A stretch of DNA of 64,000 bases from Actinomycetota bacterium. Lineage in GTDB: Bacteria; Actinomycetota; Geothermincolia; Geothermincolales; RBG-13-55-18. Under the pieces are notes generated by a model, which had not been told where the DNA came from, did no database searches, and saw nothing but the letters and a program-made list of their open reading frames with translations. The position numbers were made by a program, and so were the translations under genes. Of this stretch, positions 30,980 through 39,612 are shown one piece after another (within the stretch, counting starts at the first letter, position 1; the number at the start of each line of letters is the position of its first letter). The stretch spans positions 19,292 through 83,291 of the forward strand of contig JAXHVT010000034.1 in assembly GCA_034188985.1 (NCBI GenBank). Direction: 5' to 3'.

Positions 30980-32767
30980 TCACTCCGCGTATATGGCTTC
31001 TTCGGGACAACGGCTGAGACAGAGCTTGCAGCATATACAGGTCTCCGGGTCTATCTCGTGAGGCTCTTTCTTCTCGCCGGAGATAGCCTCCACCGGGCAT
31101 ACCTTGGCGCAGGCTCCGCAGCCCGTACATTTCTCGGGATCGATATGCAGGGTGATCAAGGCCGGGCAGACCCCAGCCGGGCACTTCTTGTGGAAGATAT
31201 GGTCCTCGTACTCCTCGCGGAAATACTTGAGCGTGGTAAGTACAGGGTTGGGGGCCGTACCGCCCAGGGCGCACAGGCTGGAGTTCTTGATATCCTCGGC
31301 TAGTATCTCCAGCTTCTCCAAGTCCTCCGGCTCCCCCTCTCCCTCGCATATCCTGGTCAATATCTCCAGCATGCGCTTGGTGCCTAGACGGCAGGGAACG
31401 CATTTGCCGCAGGACTCTTCCTGGGTGAAGGTGAGGAAGTATCGGGCCAGGTCCACCATGCAGGTGGTTGAATCGGCCACGATCATCCCCCCTGAGCCCA
31501 TGATGGCGCCGGTGGAGGTTATGGCCTCGTAGTCCACCAGGGTATCCAGGAGGCTCTCGGGCAGGCATCCGCCGGAGGGCCCTCCCATCTGGACCGCCTT
31601 GAAATCACGCCCCTCACGCACCCCGCCGCCTACGTCGAATATAACCTGCCGCAGGGTATAACCCATGGGAACCTCCGCCAAGCCGCACCGCTCTATCTTG
31701 CCAGCCAGGCAGAAAACCTTGGTTCCCTTGCTCTTCTCCGTACCTATGGAGGCGTACTCGTCCCCACCGTTCTCCACGATCCAGGGAATATTGGCCAGGG
31801 TCTCCACATTATTGATATTGGTCGGCTTGCCCCACAGGCCCTCGTTGGCCGGGAACGGCGGGCGCGGCCGGGGCATACCCCGTTTTCCCTCTATGCTGGC
31901 TATCATGGCCGTCTCCTCGCCGCACACGAAGGCCCCGGCTCCCTTCTTTATCTTGATGTCGAAATCCCACTCGGTTCCGAATATCGATTTTCCCAGAAAA
32001 CCCTTCTCGCGGCAGGCCTCGATAGCGATCTCCAGGCGGCGTAGGGCCAGCGGATACTCCGCCCTGCAGTAGATATATCCCTGCCTGGCCCCTATAGCGT
32101 ACCCGGCTATGATCATGCCCTCGATCACGGCGTGGGGGTCTCCCTCCAGCACGCTGCGGTCCATAAACGCTCCGGGGTCCCCCTCGTCGGCGTTGCAGAT
32201 GAGATATTTCTCATCGCCCCTTGCTTTGCGCGCGAAACCCCACTTGGTCCCGGTGGGAAATCCCGCTCCCCCGCGCCCACGCAGGCCCGACTTGCTCACC
32301 TCGTCGATAACATCCTCCGGGGTCATGTAGGTCAGGGCCTTCCTCGCCGCCTCGTATCCCCCGACTGATACGTACTCGTCCATGCTCTCCGGGTTGAGGT
32401 TGCCGCAGTGGCGGAGGACTATGCGGTGCTGATTCACGGTGAAATCGCCCTCGCCGAAGGAGGGATCATCGCTGCGCCACACCACCCAATCCTCCACTAT
32501 CTCGCCGCGCAACAGGTGGGATTCCAGCAGCTCGGGTATCTTCTTCGCGGTGAGATCGCCGTAAACCACCGAGCTGCCGTCCTTCTCCACGAACTCGACG
32601 ATGGGTTCCCGGTAGCAGAATCCCATGCACCCGGCGATATCCAGGTCCGCGGGGTACTTCTCGGTGGCCAGTTCCTTTTCCAGCGCCTCCTTGACGGCGG
32701 CCGCTCCGGCGGCTATACCACAGGTACCATAGCCCAGAACAAGCTTGGTCTTGGCTTCACCGCTCAT
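30980..32767 (-). CDS. NuoF/HydB-like NAD(P)H-binding flavoprotein subunit with an N-terminal thioredoxin-like 2Fe-2S domain and C-terminal 2x[4Fe-4S] ferredoxin.
   Basis: GRGGAGFPTG..KW, the NADH site GEETAMIASIEG, ESCGKCVPCR, and terminal CTGCGACAKVCP...CICCKLCLSRCP. Confidence 0.85.
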   Translation of the reverse strand: MSGEAKTKLVLGYGTCGIAAGAAAVKEALEKELATEKYPADLDIAGCMGFCYREPIVEFVEKDGSSVVYGDLTAKKIPELLESHLLRGEIVEDWVVWRSDDPSFGEGDFTVNQHRIVLRHCGNLNPESMDEYVSVGGYEAARKALTYMTPEDVIDEVSKSGLRGRGGAGFPTGTKWGFARKARGDEKYLICNADEGDPGAFMDRSVLEGDPHAVIEGMIIAGYAIGARQGYIYCRAEYPLALRRLEIAIEACREKGFLGKSIFGTEWDFDIKIKKGAGAFVCGEETAMIASIEGKRGMPRPRPPFPANEGLWGKPTNINNVETLANIPWIVENGGDEYASIGTEKSKGTKVFCLAGKIERCGLAEVPMGYTLRQVIFDVGGGVREGRDFKAVQMGGPSGGCLPESLLDTLVDYEAITSTGAIMGSGGMIVADSTTCMVDLARYFLTFTQEESCGKCVPCRLGTKRMLEILTRICEGEGEPEDLEKLEILAEDIKNSSLCALGGTAPNPVLTTLKYFREEYEDHIFHKKCPAGVCPALITLHIDPEKCTGCGACAKVCPVEAISGEKKEPHEIDPETCICCKLCLSRCPEEAIYAE

Positions 32768-33309
32768 TTTTCTTCCTCCTTGCCGCCGCCCCTGTATTTC
32801 TTGAGAACCTTACGCACATTTGAGGGCTTCAGTTTACCATGGGTATCGGAGTCGATAATCATGATGGGCGAAAGTGAGCAGGCTCCCACGCACATTACCG
32901 ATTCCATGGTGAACTTGCGATCCTCGGTCGTCTCCCCGTCCTTGATGCCCAGGATATTGCTGATCTCCTCGGTGATCAACTCCGCCCCGGCGACGTGGCA
33001 GGCGGTACCGTGACATACCCTGATCAGGTGCTCGCCTATAGGCTCCAGCCTGAACTGGGTATAGAAGGTAGCCACGCCGTATACCTGGCTCATCTGGTAG
33101 CCGGAACCCCTGGCCAGCTCCCTCATTATGTTCTCATCGAGATAACCGTAGGTTTCCTGGGCGTCCTGAAGTAGGGGGATCAAGGCCCCCTTTTCTCCCC
33201 TGTATCTCTCGATGATCTCCTCCAGCGGCTCGAGGTCATCTATATCCGTGTATCGTTGTTTCGTCGAGCTGGCCTCTTCAGTCATTATCAACCACCTTAT
33301 TCCTCCCAC
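32764..33309 (-). CDS. NuoE/HydC-like 2Fe-2S subunit.
   Basis: ALIPLLQDAQETYGYL...VCHGTACHVAG...CVGACSLSPIM is the 24-kDa subunit Cys pattern. The start is probably MTEEASS (33285). Confidence 0.8.
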   Translation of the reverse strand: MGGIRWLIMTEEASSTKQRYTDIDDLEPLEEIIERYRGEKGALIPLLQDAQETYGYLDENIMRELARGSGYQMSQVYGVATFYTQFRLEPIGEHLIRVCHGTACHVAGAELITEEISNILGIKDGETTEDRKFTMESVMCVGACSLSPIMIIDSDTHGKLKPSNVRKVLKKYRGGGKEEEK

Positions 33310-33343
33310 ACGTATGCAAATCGAACCTGTACCCCTCGTCGCC

Positions 33344-33510
33344 CTGACACCTAACTCCCGACGTGTCAGCGCTGAGACACCTCATTCCCAATGTGCCAGT
33401 ACTGAGACATCTGCCGATATCCGGGCCTGACGCCCATCTTGCTTTCTTCAGGCCAGATACCCGCCTTACTTCCATCCGAGCGCTGACACGCCGGGATGTC
33501 CTGACTACAG
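33344..33510. promoter_or_regulatory. Array of CTGA(G)ACAC / GTGTCAG inverted-repeat half-sites in the fdh-operon promoter region.
   Basis: ctgacac (33344), gtgtcag (33363), ctgagacac (33372), gtgccag (33393), ctgagacat (33402), ctgacgc (33426), ctgacac (33483) and ctgactac (33501), all within a 195-bp spacer. gtgtcagcgctgagacac is an imperfect palindrome. Confidence 0.45.
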
Positions 33511-34392
33511 CTCCAGGTATGAATGACAATAGAGGGTTTCCTCCATTATCACCTTGTAGGTCTTTAGCAGCTTGACCGCCATCTCGTCGCTCTCGTCGAT
33601 GGGCTCTCCGTTGACGATTTTTTCTATTATCTGGTAGTTATCGTTCTTGTTGATGATGCCCATCAGGTCCTCGTCGTTGGGGTCGACGATGGCCGCAGTC
33701 AATCCCTTGGCTATGAGTACTCCCAGGAGGGTGCAGTTGATAAGGCTGCAAAGGTCCTCGTCCGGTACGGTATTGGACACGTTCGACAGGCCCACCACGG
33801 TGCCCGGCGCCGGATCGAACTCGGCGAAGATGCCCTGCAGCGTATCCATGGCGTCCACCAGGGCGTGAACCTGATCCTGGGTCACGCTGATGGGCAGCAC
33901 GATGGGGTCGATGAGCACCTTGTCCAGGGGGATACCATGCTCCTGGGCGGCCATGATGATATTGTAGCCCACCTCCACCCTCTCGGCGGCATCGCGGGGC
34001 ACGTTCCCCTGCTCGTTTAGAACCAGGCCCACTATCCAGGCGTCATATTCCACTGCCAGGGGCATGAGCTTCTCGATGCGGTCGGGCTGCGAGGAGATAG
34101 AGTTGATCATAACCTCTCTTCCTTGCACCGCATCCAGCCCGGCCTTCATGGCCTCGACATTCATGGTGTCCAGGGCGAGGGGAACGTCGGTGACCTCCTG
34201 TACCGAATCCACCGTAAACTTCATGCGCTCGGGTCCCTCTTTAGTAGCCGGCCCGAGATTGATGTCCAGCCAGTTGGCTCCTCCCTCCACCTGCAACAGG
34301 GCCATCTCCTGGATGGGTTTCTTGTCATATCCCTTCATGGCCGCGCCGATCTTCTTCATCATCACGTTGACCTTCTCGCCGATGATCAGCAT
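33505..34392 (-). CDS. acsE: Methyltetrahydrofolate:corrinoid/iron-sulfur protein methyltransferase (pterin-binding, MeTr).
   Basis: MLIIGEKVNVMMKKIGAAMK..., the DHPS-like pterin-binding barrel motifs (LDINLGP; GLSNVS) and the context next to the CFeSP/ACS genes. Confidence 0.8.
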   Translation of the reverse strand: MLIIGEKVNVMMKKIGAAMKGYDKKPIQEMALLQVEGGANWLDINLGPATKEGPERMKFTVDSVQEVTDVPLALDTMNVEAMKAGLDAVQGREVMINSISSQPDRIEKLMPLAVEYDAWIVGLVLNEQGNVPRDAAERVEVGYNIIMAAQEHGIPLDKVLIDPIVLPISVTQDQVHALVDAMDTLQGIFAEFDPAPGTVVGLSNVSNTVPDEDLCSLINCTLLGVLIAKGLTAAIVDPNDEDLMGIINKNDNYQIIEKIVNGEPIDESDEMAVKLLKTYKVIMEETLYCHSYLEL

Positions 34393-34449
34393 TTCCTTCC
34401 TCCTTCTTTCGCCTTGCGGTCGTCCCTAACATGCCGAATATCAATGCGT

Positions 34450-35340
34450 TCACATCATATCTAAAAGCTCCTTTGCCCGGTAGGAGCTGCGCACGAAGGG
34501 CCCGGATGCGACCAGGAGTATGCCCTCCTTCTCCGCCTCCCGCTTCAGCTCCTCGAACTCCTCCGGGGGAAGGAACCTATCCACCTCGATCTGATCCCTC
34601 GACGGCCGCAGGTATTGACCGATGGTGAGCATCTCGCAGCCCGCCTCCGCCAGGTCCTCGAAGGCACGGCGCAGCTGCTCCCTGCTCTCGCCCAGGCCAA
34701 CCATCAGGCCGCTCTTAGTCTTCGCCTCCGCGTTCAGCTCGCGGACCAGCCTGAGCACGCCCAAAGACCGGCGATAAGCCGCCTCGGGTCTCACCCGGCT
34801 ATAGAGGCTCTCCACCGTCTCCAGGTTGTGGTTGAATACCTCCGGTCCCCGTTCCAGCACCCTGGCCAGCGCGTCCCCGTCACCCCCGAAATCAGGTGTC
34901 AACACCTCGACGCTGGCCGCCGGCAGAATATCCTTTATGGATTTAATAGTCTCCGCGAAGTGTGCCGCGCCGCCATCGGGCAGGTCGTCCCTGGTCACGC
35001 TGGTTACCACCACGTGTCTGAGCCCCATGACCGTAGCGGCCTCGGCTACTCGCCCGGGCTCACCCTCGTCCAGTGGCGAGGGCTCCCCTTTGCGAACAGA
35101 GCAGAAGGCGCAATTGCGGGTACAGGTATCACCCATGATCATGAAGGTAGCCGTCCGCCTGGAAAAGCATTCCATGCGATTGGGACAGCGGGCGCTCTCG
35201 CATACCGTGTTCAGCTCCAGGGAGCGCAGGATGTAATCCACCTCGCGTATATTCCCTCCCGACCGGATTGGACGGTGAAGCCAGCGGGGCATCCGCGTCC
35301 GGTAATGTCCTTCCCTCAGCTTATCCGTCTCGGAACCCAC
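34450..35340 (-). CDS. lipA: Lipoyl synthase (radical SAM).
   Basis: CESARCPN..EC (auxiliary cluster), CTRNCAFCSV (radical-SAM CxxxCxxC) and the C-terminal LVASGPFVRSSYRA. Confidence 0.9.
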   Translation of the reverse strand: MGSETDKLREGHYRTRMPRWLHRPIRSGGNIREVDYILRSLELNTVCESARCPNRMECFSRRTATFMIMGDTCTRNCAFCSVRKGEPSPLDEGEPGRVAEAATVMGLRHVVVTSVTRDDLPDGGAAHFAETIKSIKDILPAASVEVLTPDFGGDGDALARVLERGPEVFNHNLETVESLYSRVRPEAAYRRSLGVLRLVRELNAEAKTKSGLMVGLGESREQLRRAFEDLAEAGCEMLTIGQYLRPSRDQIEVDRFLPPEEFEELKREAEKEGILLVASGPFVRSSYRAKELLDMM

Positions 35341-35355
35341 GACATCCTCCCGCTC

Positions 35356-36408
35356 CTAGTCCCGATCCATTTTCTCGCCTCTCAGCAGTCTGGAGAGCTC
35401 GGAGGTGAGAGCGTAAGCCTTCTCAGCCTGGCTCTCCGAAACACCCTCCAGTCCACAGGCGGGTGTGATCATGGCCCGATTCAAGAGCAGGTCGCGGTCG
35501 ACACCCCGTGAGACCAGGAGGTCCACGCCCTCCTCGAAACGTCGTGCTATCTCATCAGCCTTCCCGTTCTCTACATCCGGGCTGTTGGCCACCAGCCCCC
35601 AGGCCAGTATGCCGCCGTCTTCCAGAAAGGCGGCTACCTCCTCCGGGTATAAGGCCATGCTCTCCATGTATTTATAGGCGTCGAAATTCACCACCTGCAG
35701 ACCGGCGCGAAACAGCAGGCTCCAGTCGGTGTTGCCACAGCAGTGTGTCCCGGTCATGCAGGTCAGCCCTTCCGTGCATAGCCTAAGGGACTCGACCACC
35801 CGCTCCGGGCTTACGCTCACCAAGGCCGATCCCACCGAGACCAGGTAGGGCTCGTCGAAGAAGATAAGTACGTCTTCGGAGCGGCCGGTCGATTTGAGAA
35901 AAACCTCCATCCATCTAGCCTTCATGCTCAGAATCCTCACCATGGCGTCGGCCAGATCGTCGTTGTAGAGGATGGGGCGGTTGTTCTGGTCAAGCACGGT
36001 CAACCCGAAGCTTATGGGGCCCGTTACCTGCCCTTTGAGCAGGGAATAAACCCCTCCCTCCTCTTCGACCAGGCGGGTAAAAGCGTAAAGACCCGACGCG
36101 TAGTCCCCGCCTATGGACATTGATGCGAAATCATTCTCGATATAGGCTCGATATACTTCCTCTATCTCAGGCAGTAAGTCCCTCGTTGTATCGCAGAACA
36201 CTTTTTCCCTTTCCTCGTCCACAACCACCCCGGGTAGACCCTCGCAGTACTGCGCGTACATGTTCTCCCGGAAATCGCGGTGAGGAAGCTGGGGCCAAGC
36301 CGGTACCTCCTTCAGGTAACGCAAGGTAACGGCGCAGGCCTTCTCCGGATCGGTATGAGGAAGACTTCCTATAGCCGTGGCGGCCATGGCTGGTTCCCAG
36401 GGTACCAT
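35356..36408 (-). CDS. Core-MetE-like methyltransferase (Meth_synt_2 / MetE C-terminal-domain family, ~351 aa).
   Basis: The start is at MVPWEPAMAATAIGSLPHTD (RBS GGAAAGGAAAA-ATG). The protein has LKGQVTGPISFGL, IFFDEPYLV, the zinc-ligand context GTHCCGNTDW and the terminal ITPACGLEG, matching the MetE C-domain catalytic motifs. The N-domain is absent. Confidence 0.55.
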   Translation of the reverse strand: MVPWEPAMAATAIGSLPHTDPEKACAVTLRYLKEVPAWPQLPHRDFRENMYAQYCEGLPGVVVDEEREKVFCDTTRDLLPEIEEVYRAYIENDFASMSIGGDYASGLYAFTRLVEEEGGVYSLLKGQVTGPISFGLTVLDQNNRPILYNDDLADAMVRILSMKARWMEVFLKSTGRSEDVLIFFDEPYLVSVGSALVSVSPERVVESLRLCTEGLTCMTGTHCCGNTDWSLLFRAGLQVVNFDAYKYMESMALYPEEVAAFLEDGGILAWGLVANSPDVENGKADEIARRFEEGVDLLVSRGVDRDLLLNRAMITPACGLEGVSESQAEKAYALTSELSRLLRGEKMDRD

Positions 36409-36420
36409 TTTTCCTTTCCC

Positions 36421-36452
36421 GGAAAAAAGGGGAGGCCTCGGGCGCCTCCCCC
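36421..36452 (-). terminator. Rho-independent terminator after metF.
   Basis: On the minus strand GGGGAGGCgcccgaGGCCTCCCC is followed by UUUUUU, immediately 3' of the metF stop (36459). Confidence 0.55.
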
Positions 36453-36458
36453 TGTGAC

Positions 36459-37388
36459 CTATAACTTGGTGATATCCACCCCGGCCTCGTCCAGGATCTG
36501 GGGCACGACTCCCTCTTTCCCTATGGCCATGATATGCACGCCGTCGCACAGCTTTTCGTCGATGCACTGGCGAATCTGGCGAGCCATAATACGGATACCG
36601 GTCTTGAGGCGCTCCTCCTTAGGGGCATCCGTCATCTCCTTGGCCAGATCCTCGGGTATGAACACGCCGGGGACATTGTTGTTCATGTACTTGATGGCGC
36701 CGGGGCTGGTGAGAAGCACCAATCCCGCGCAGATCTTCACTTTGTCATCTATCTTGCGCGCCCTCTCCATGAAACGCTTGAAGTTGTCCATGTCGTAGAC
36801 GGCCTGGGTCTGGAAGAACTGGGCACCCGCCTCGATCTTTTTCTCGAACTTGATCATCTGGGGCTCTATGGGGTCGGCCTCGGGGGTCACAATGGCGCCC
36901 TTGTAGAACTCTACGGCGCCTTCCAGCTCGTTTCCTCCCGTATCCTTGCCCTCCTCCATGCCGCTAATCAGCTGCAGGAGTTGTACGCTCTCGATATCGA
37001 AGACACCCTTGGAATCCGGGTGATCACCCACCGGGATGGAGTCCCCGGTAAGACAGAGAACGCTGCGGATGCCCCTTGTATAGGCGAAGAGGAGGTCGGC
37101 CTCGATGGCCATACGGTTGCGGTCCCGGCAGGTTACCTGCAGGTTGGGCTCCCCTCCTTTCTCCTTTATGATCAGCGCCGTGGCCAGGGAGGGATAGCGC
37201 ATCACCGACGACTGGTTGTCGGTGATGTTCATGCCGTGCACCAGGTCCTTGAGAAGGTCGATATGCCCGATCATCTCGTCTATATCGGTGCCCTTGGGGG
37301 GACCGATCTCGCCCGTTACCAGGAAGGTTCCCTTCTCCATTACCTCCTGCAGGCTGGGTTTGAGGTGTTTGTCAATGAGCAACGTCAT
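36459..37388 (-). CDS. metF: Methylenetetrahydrofolate reductase (acetogen-type MetF).
   Basis: The MTHFR TIM-barrel family pattern, with the likely start at MTLLIDK. It is paired with metV upstream, as in Wood-Ljungdahl methyl-branch operons. Confidence 0.8.
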   Translation of the reverse strand: MTLLIDKHLKPSLQEVMEKGTFLVTGEIGPPKGTDIDEMIGHIDLLKDLVHGMNITDNQSSVMRYPSLATALIIKEKGGEPNLQVTCRDRNRMAIEADLLFAYTRGIRSVLCLTGDSIPVGDHPDSKGVFDIESVQLLQLISGMEEGKDTGGNELEGAVEFYKGAIVTPEADPIEPQMIKFEKKIEAGAQFFQTQAVYDMDNFKRFMERARKIDDKVKICAGLVLLTSPGAIKYMNNNVPGVFIPEDLAKEMTDAPKEERLKTGIRIMARQIRQCIDEKLCDGVHIMAIGKEGVVPQILDEAGVDITKL

Positions 37389-37392
37389 CTTA

Positions 37393-38055
37393 CTAACCCC
37401 CCTCGCCTTTTTTCTCCAGTACAACCCTGCCGGGCTTCATGATTGTCTGCCAGTTCTTGGGGCCGTAGATAGTGCGGAATCTGTCTAGTTTGCCCATCTT
37501 CTCCAGCTGGTTGTAGATAAGGGTCCAGGCGCAGTCCTTCTCCTTGTCGGTCTCGCACTTGCCCTCGTCCGTGCCGCCGCAGGGCCCGTTGAGGATACCC
37601 TTATGACACCTGGTCACCGGGCAGATAGCCCCAAATTCCTCCAGTACGCAGTCGCCGCAGAGCGAGCACTTCTGAATGAAATCCCCGTATCTCTGGATAT
37701 TGCCCAGGAATACGGTATCACACGCGGGGTGCACGTCTTTTTCAGTGGCCTCGCGCACCGCCTGCACGCCCGCGCCGCAGCACATCACCAGGAAACCGTC
37801 GGCGGCCTCGACCGCCTCCTTGTTCTCCCTGAACTTGCGTTTGGTGTTGAGCTCGTGGCATACCTCGTCGTAGACGATAGCTCCCGTCACATTCTTTCCC
37901 TCCGCCTCGAGCTTGGCCTTCATCCCGGCTACCTGCTCCTCTCCCCCGGTTTCGCACGTAGTGGCGCAGAGACCGCAGCCGACAACGAAGACATTATCCT
38001 CGCCTTCGAGCTCCTTGAGGACCTCCTCGAAGGGCTTCGACGTGCTGATGATCAT
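37393..38055 (-). CDS. metV: MetV (MTHFR C-terminal-domain-like Zn/Fe-S protein).
   Basis: The Cys-rich pattern VVGCGLCATTCE...CCGAG...CSLCGDCVLEEFGICPVTRCHK...GPCGG...C is typical of MetV partners of acetogen MetF. Confidence 0.75.
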   Translation of the reverse strand: MIISTSKPFEEVLKELEGEDNVFVVGCGLCATTCETGGEEQVAGMKAKLEAEGKNVTGAIVYDEVCHELNTKRKFRENKEAVEAADGFLVMCCGAGVQAVREATEKDVHPACDTVFLGNIQRYGDFIQKCSLCGDCVLEEFGAICPVTRCHKGILNGPCGGTDEGKCETDKEKDCAWTLIYNQLEKMGKLDRFRTIYGPKNWQTIMKPGRVVLEKKGEGG

Positions 38056-38172
38056 GTCTTGTTTCCTCCTCTATTCCGTAATAGCCATTGCTTATATCCC
38101 AAAGGCGGCACGGTACTCACACCGGGGAGAGCATTGCACCCTCCTGGTTCGCACCGCGCTGTCCTTTGTATC

Positions 38173-39522
38173 CTAGGTAGTGGAGAACTGCCGCAGGAAA
38201 GCCGGGATATCCGCCGCCTCCCTGGTGCCTATGACTATCTCCCAGTCGGGAAGCTCCTCCTCCAGTTCGCCGGAGATCTGCGCCACGTAACCCGGAATGA
38301 TTATCTTGTGGTGCTTGATCTTGTCGGCGAGCCCCGACGTATTAACGAACTTGGCTATGACCTCGGGCACGAACTTGCCGGCCGCCCAAGCGGTTAGCAC
38401 AGACTGGCCGTCACAATCCACTATGCCCAGCCAGGCCGGGATCTTGCTCCCCTCTATCTCACCACTGACTATGAAATAAGTGAGCGAGAAGTTAGTGGTT
38501 ATGAGCACCGGGCTGTTCTCATCCGGGTTCCCGATCTCGTAGACCATCTCGTCAACCGCCATGGGACGCTGGGGATCGGTGTATATGTTGAGCGCCAGCA
38601 CCAGCAGGGGGTACATCCTCCACTGCTCGACGTGGGAAAGCACGATTATACCGCCGTACTTGCACACGTACATCCCGGCCAGGACGGTCTCGTAGAGCTC
38701 GTCTTCCGTCTCCTCGCAAGGGAAAGTGATGGTGGGATAGCCGAATGCCGCGAATTTCTCGTTAAGTGCGGCCCGGCGCATGGCCACCAAGTTCTTGAAG
38801 GTCTCACCGGGTTTACGGGGCGCCGGGTCGAGCACCAGCTCCTTCACATCCATGCCCGCCAGCTTCTCCGACAGCTCCGCCAGCTTGTCCAGGTCCTCGG
38901 CCTTCACCGCCAGGGGAAGGTCTTTCTCCTTGGCCAGCGCGCCCATTTCGTCGGCGTTGGCCTCGGTTGCGGCGTAGAGCAGCGGTCGCACGTCGGCGGC
39001 TGCCTCCACGCCGGCCTTCATGGCCTCCATGTCCTTGGCGATAAGGATCAAGGGCTTGGCGGTGGCGTCCTTCACCTTCTCCACCAGGGCCTTGAACTTC
39101 CCCGCGTCGCCGGAGACTGCCTTCAGGGCCACCGCGCCTACCTTCAAGGTAACGCCCACGCGCTCATGTTCACATTCTGCGACCTGTTTGAGCAACTCGT
39201 CCACCTTGGTGTCATCCATGTCATCGCTTATCAACACGGCGAAGACCGAGGTGTTGAAAAAGGTCTTCTCATGGCGGTAGAGCACAAGTTCCTCACCCAC
39301 CTTGAAAGCCTCGTCCCCGGTTCCCACCGTGACCCCGCGTATAGGGGGAGCGCTGGCCTCCGCCAGCTCGGCTCGCACCTCGTCCGTCACGTAGGGGCAC
39401 TCGTCTAGCGACGTCTGTCCTGCCGCCAGTTTCATGGCGAAAGCCAAGCAGGTCGGGAAGCCGCATTCCTTGCAATTGGTCTTGGGCAGCTTTTTAAAGA
39501 TATCCAGGCCCGAAAGTCCCAT
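38173..39522 (-). CDS. acsC: Corrinoid iron-sulfur protein large subunit (CFeSP gamma).
   Basis: The N-terminal 4Fe-4S motif LPKTNCKECGFPTCLAFAMKLA is followed by TIM-barrel and corrinoid-binding domains. 449 aa. Confidence 0.85.
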   Translation of the reverse strand: MGLSGLDIFKKLPKTNCKECGFPTCLAFAMKLAAGQTSLDECPYVTDEVRAELAEASAPPIRGVTVGTGDEAFKVGEELVLYRHEKTFFNTSVFAVLISDDMDDTKVDELLKQVAECEHERVGVTLKVGAVALKAVSGDAGKFKALVEKVKDATAKPLILIAKDMEAMKAGVEAAADVRPLLYAATEANADEMGALAKEKDLPLAVKAEDLDKLAELSEKLAGMDVKELVLDPAPRKPGETFKNLVAMRRAALNEKFAAFGYPTITFPCEETEDELYETVLAGMYVCKYGGIIVLSHVEQWRMYPLLVLALNIYTDPQRPMAVDEMVYEIGNPDENSPVLITTNFSLTYFIVSGEIEGSKIPAWLGIVDCDGQSVLTAWAAGKFVPEVIAKFVNTSGLADKIKHHKIIIPGYVAQISGELEEELPDWEIVIGTREAADIPAFLRQFSTT

Positions 39523-39612
39523 CTCTTACTCCTTCCTACTTACTGTCTGTGCGGTTTTCCCAACTTCCTATATCCCAGAAGGAGGGGGGATCCCCCCTCC
39601 TTTTCATTATCC

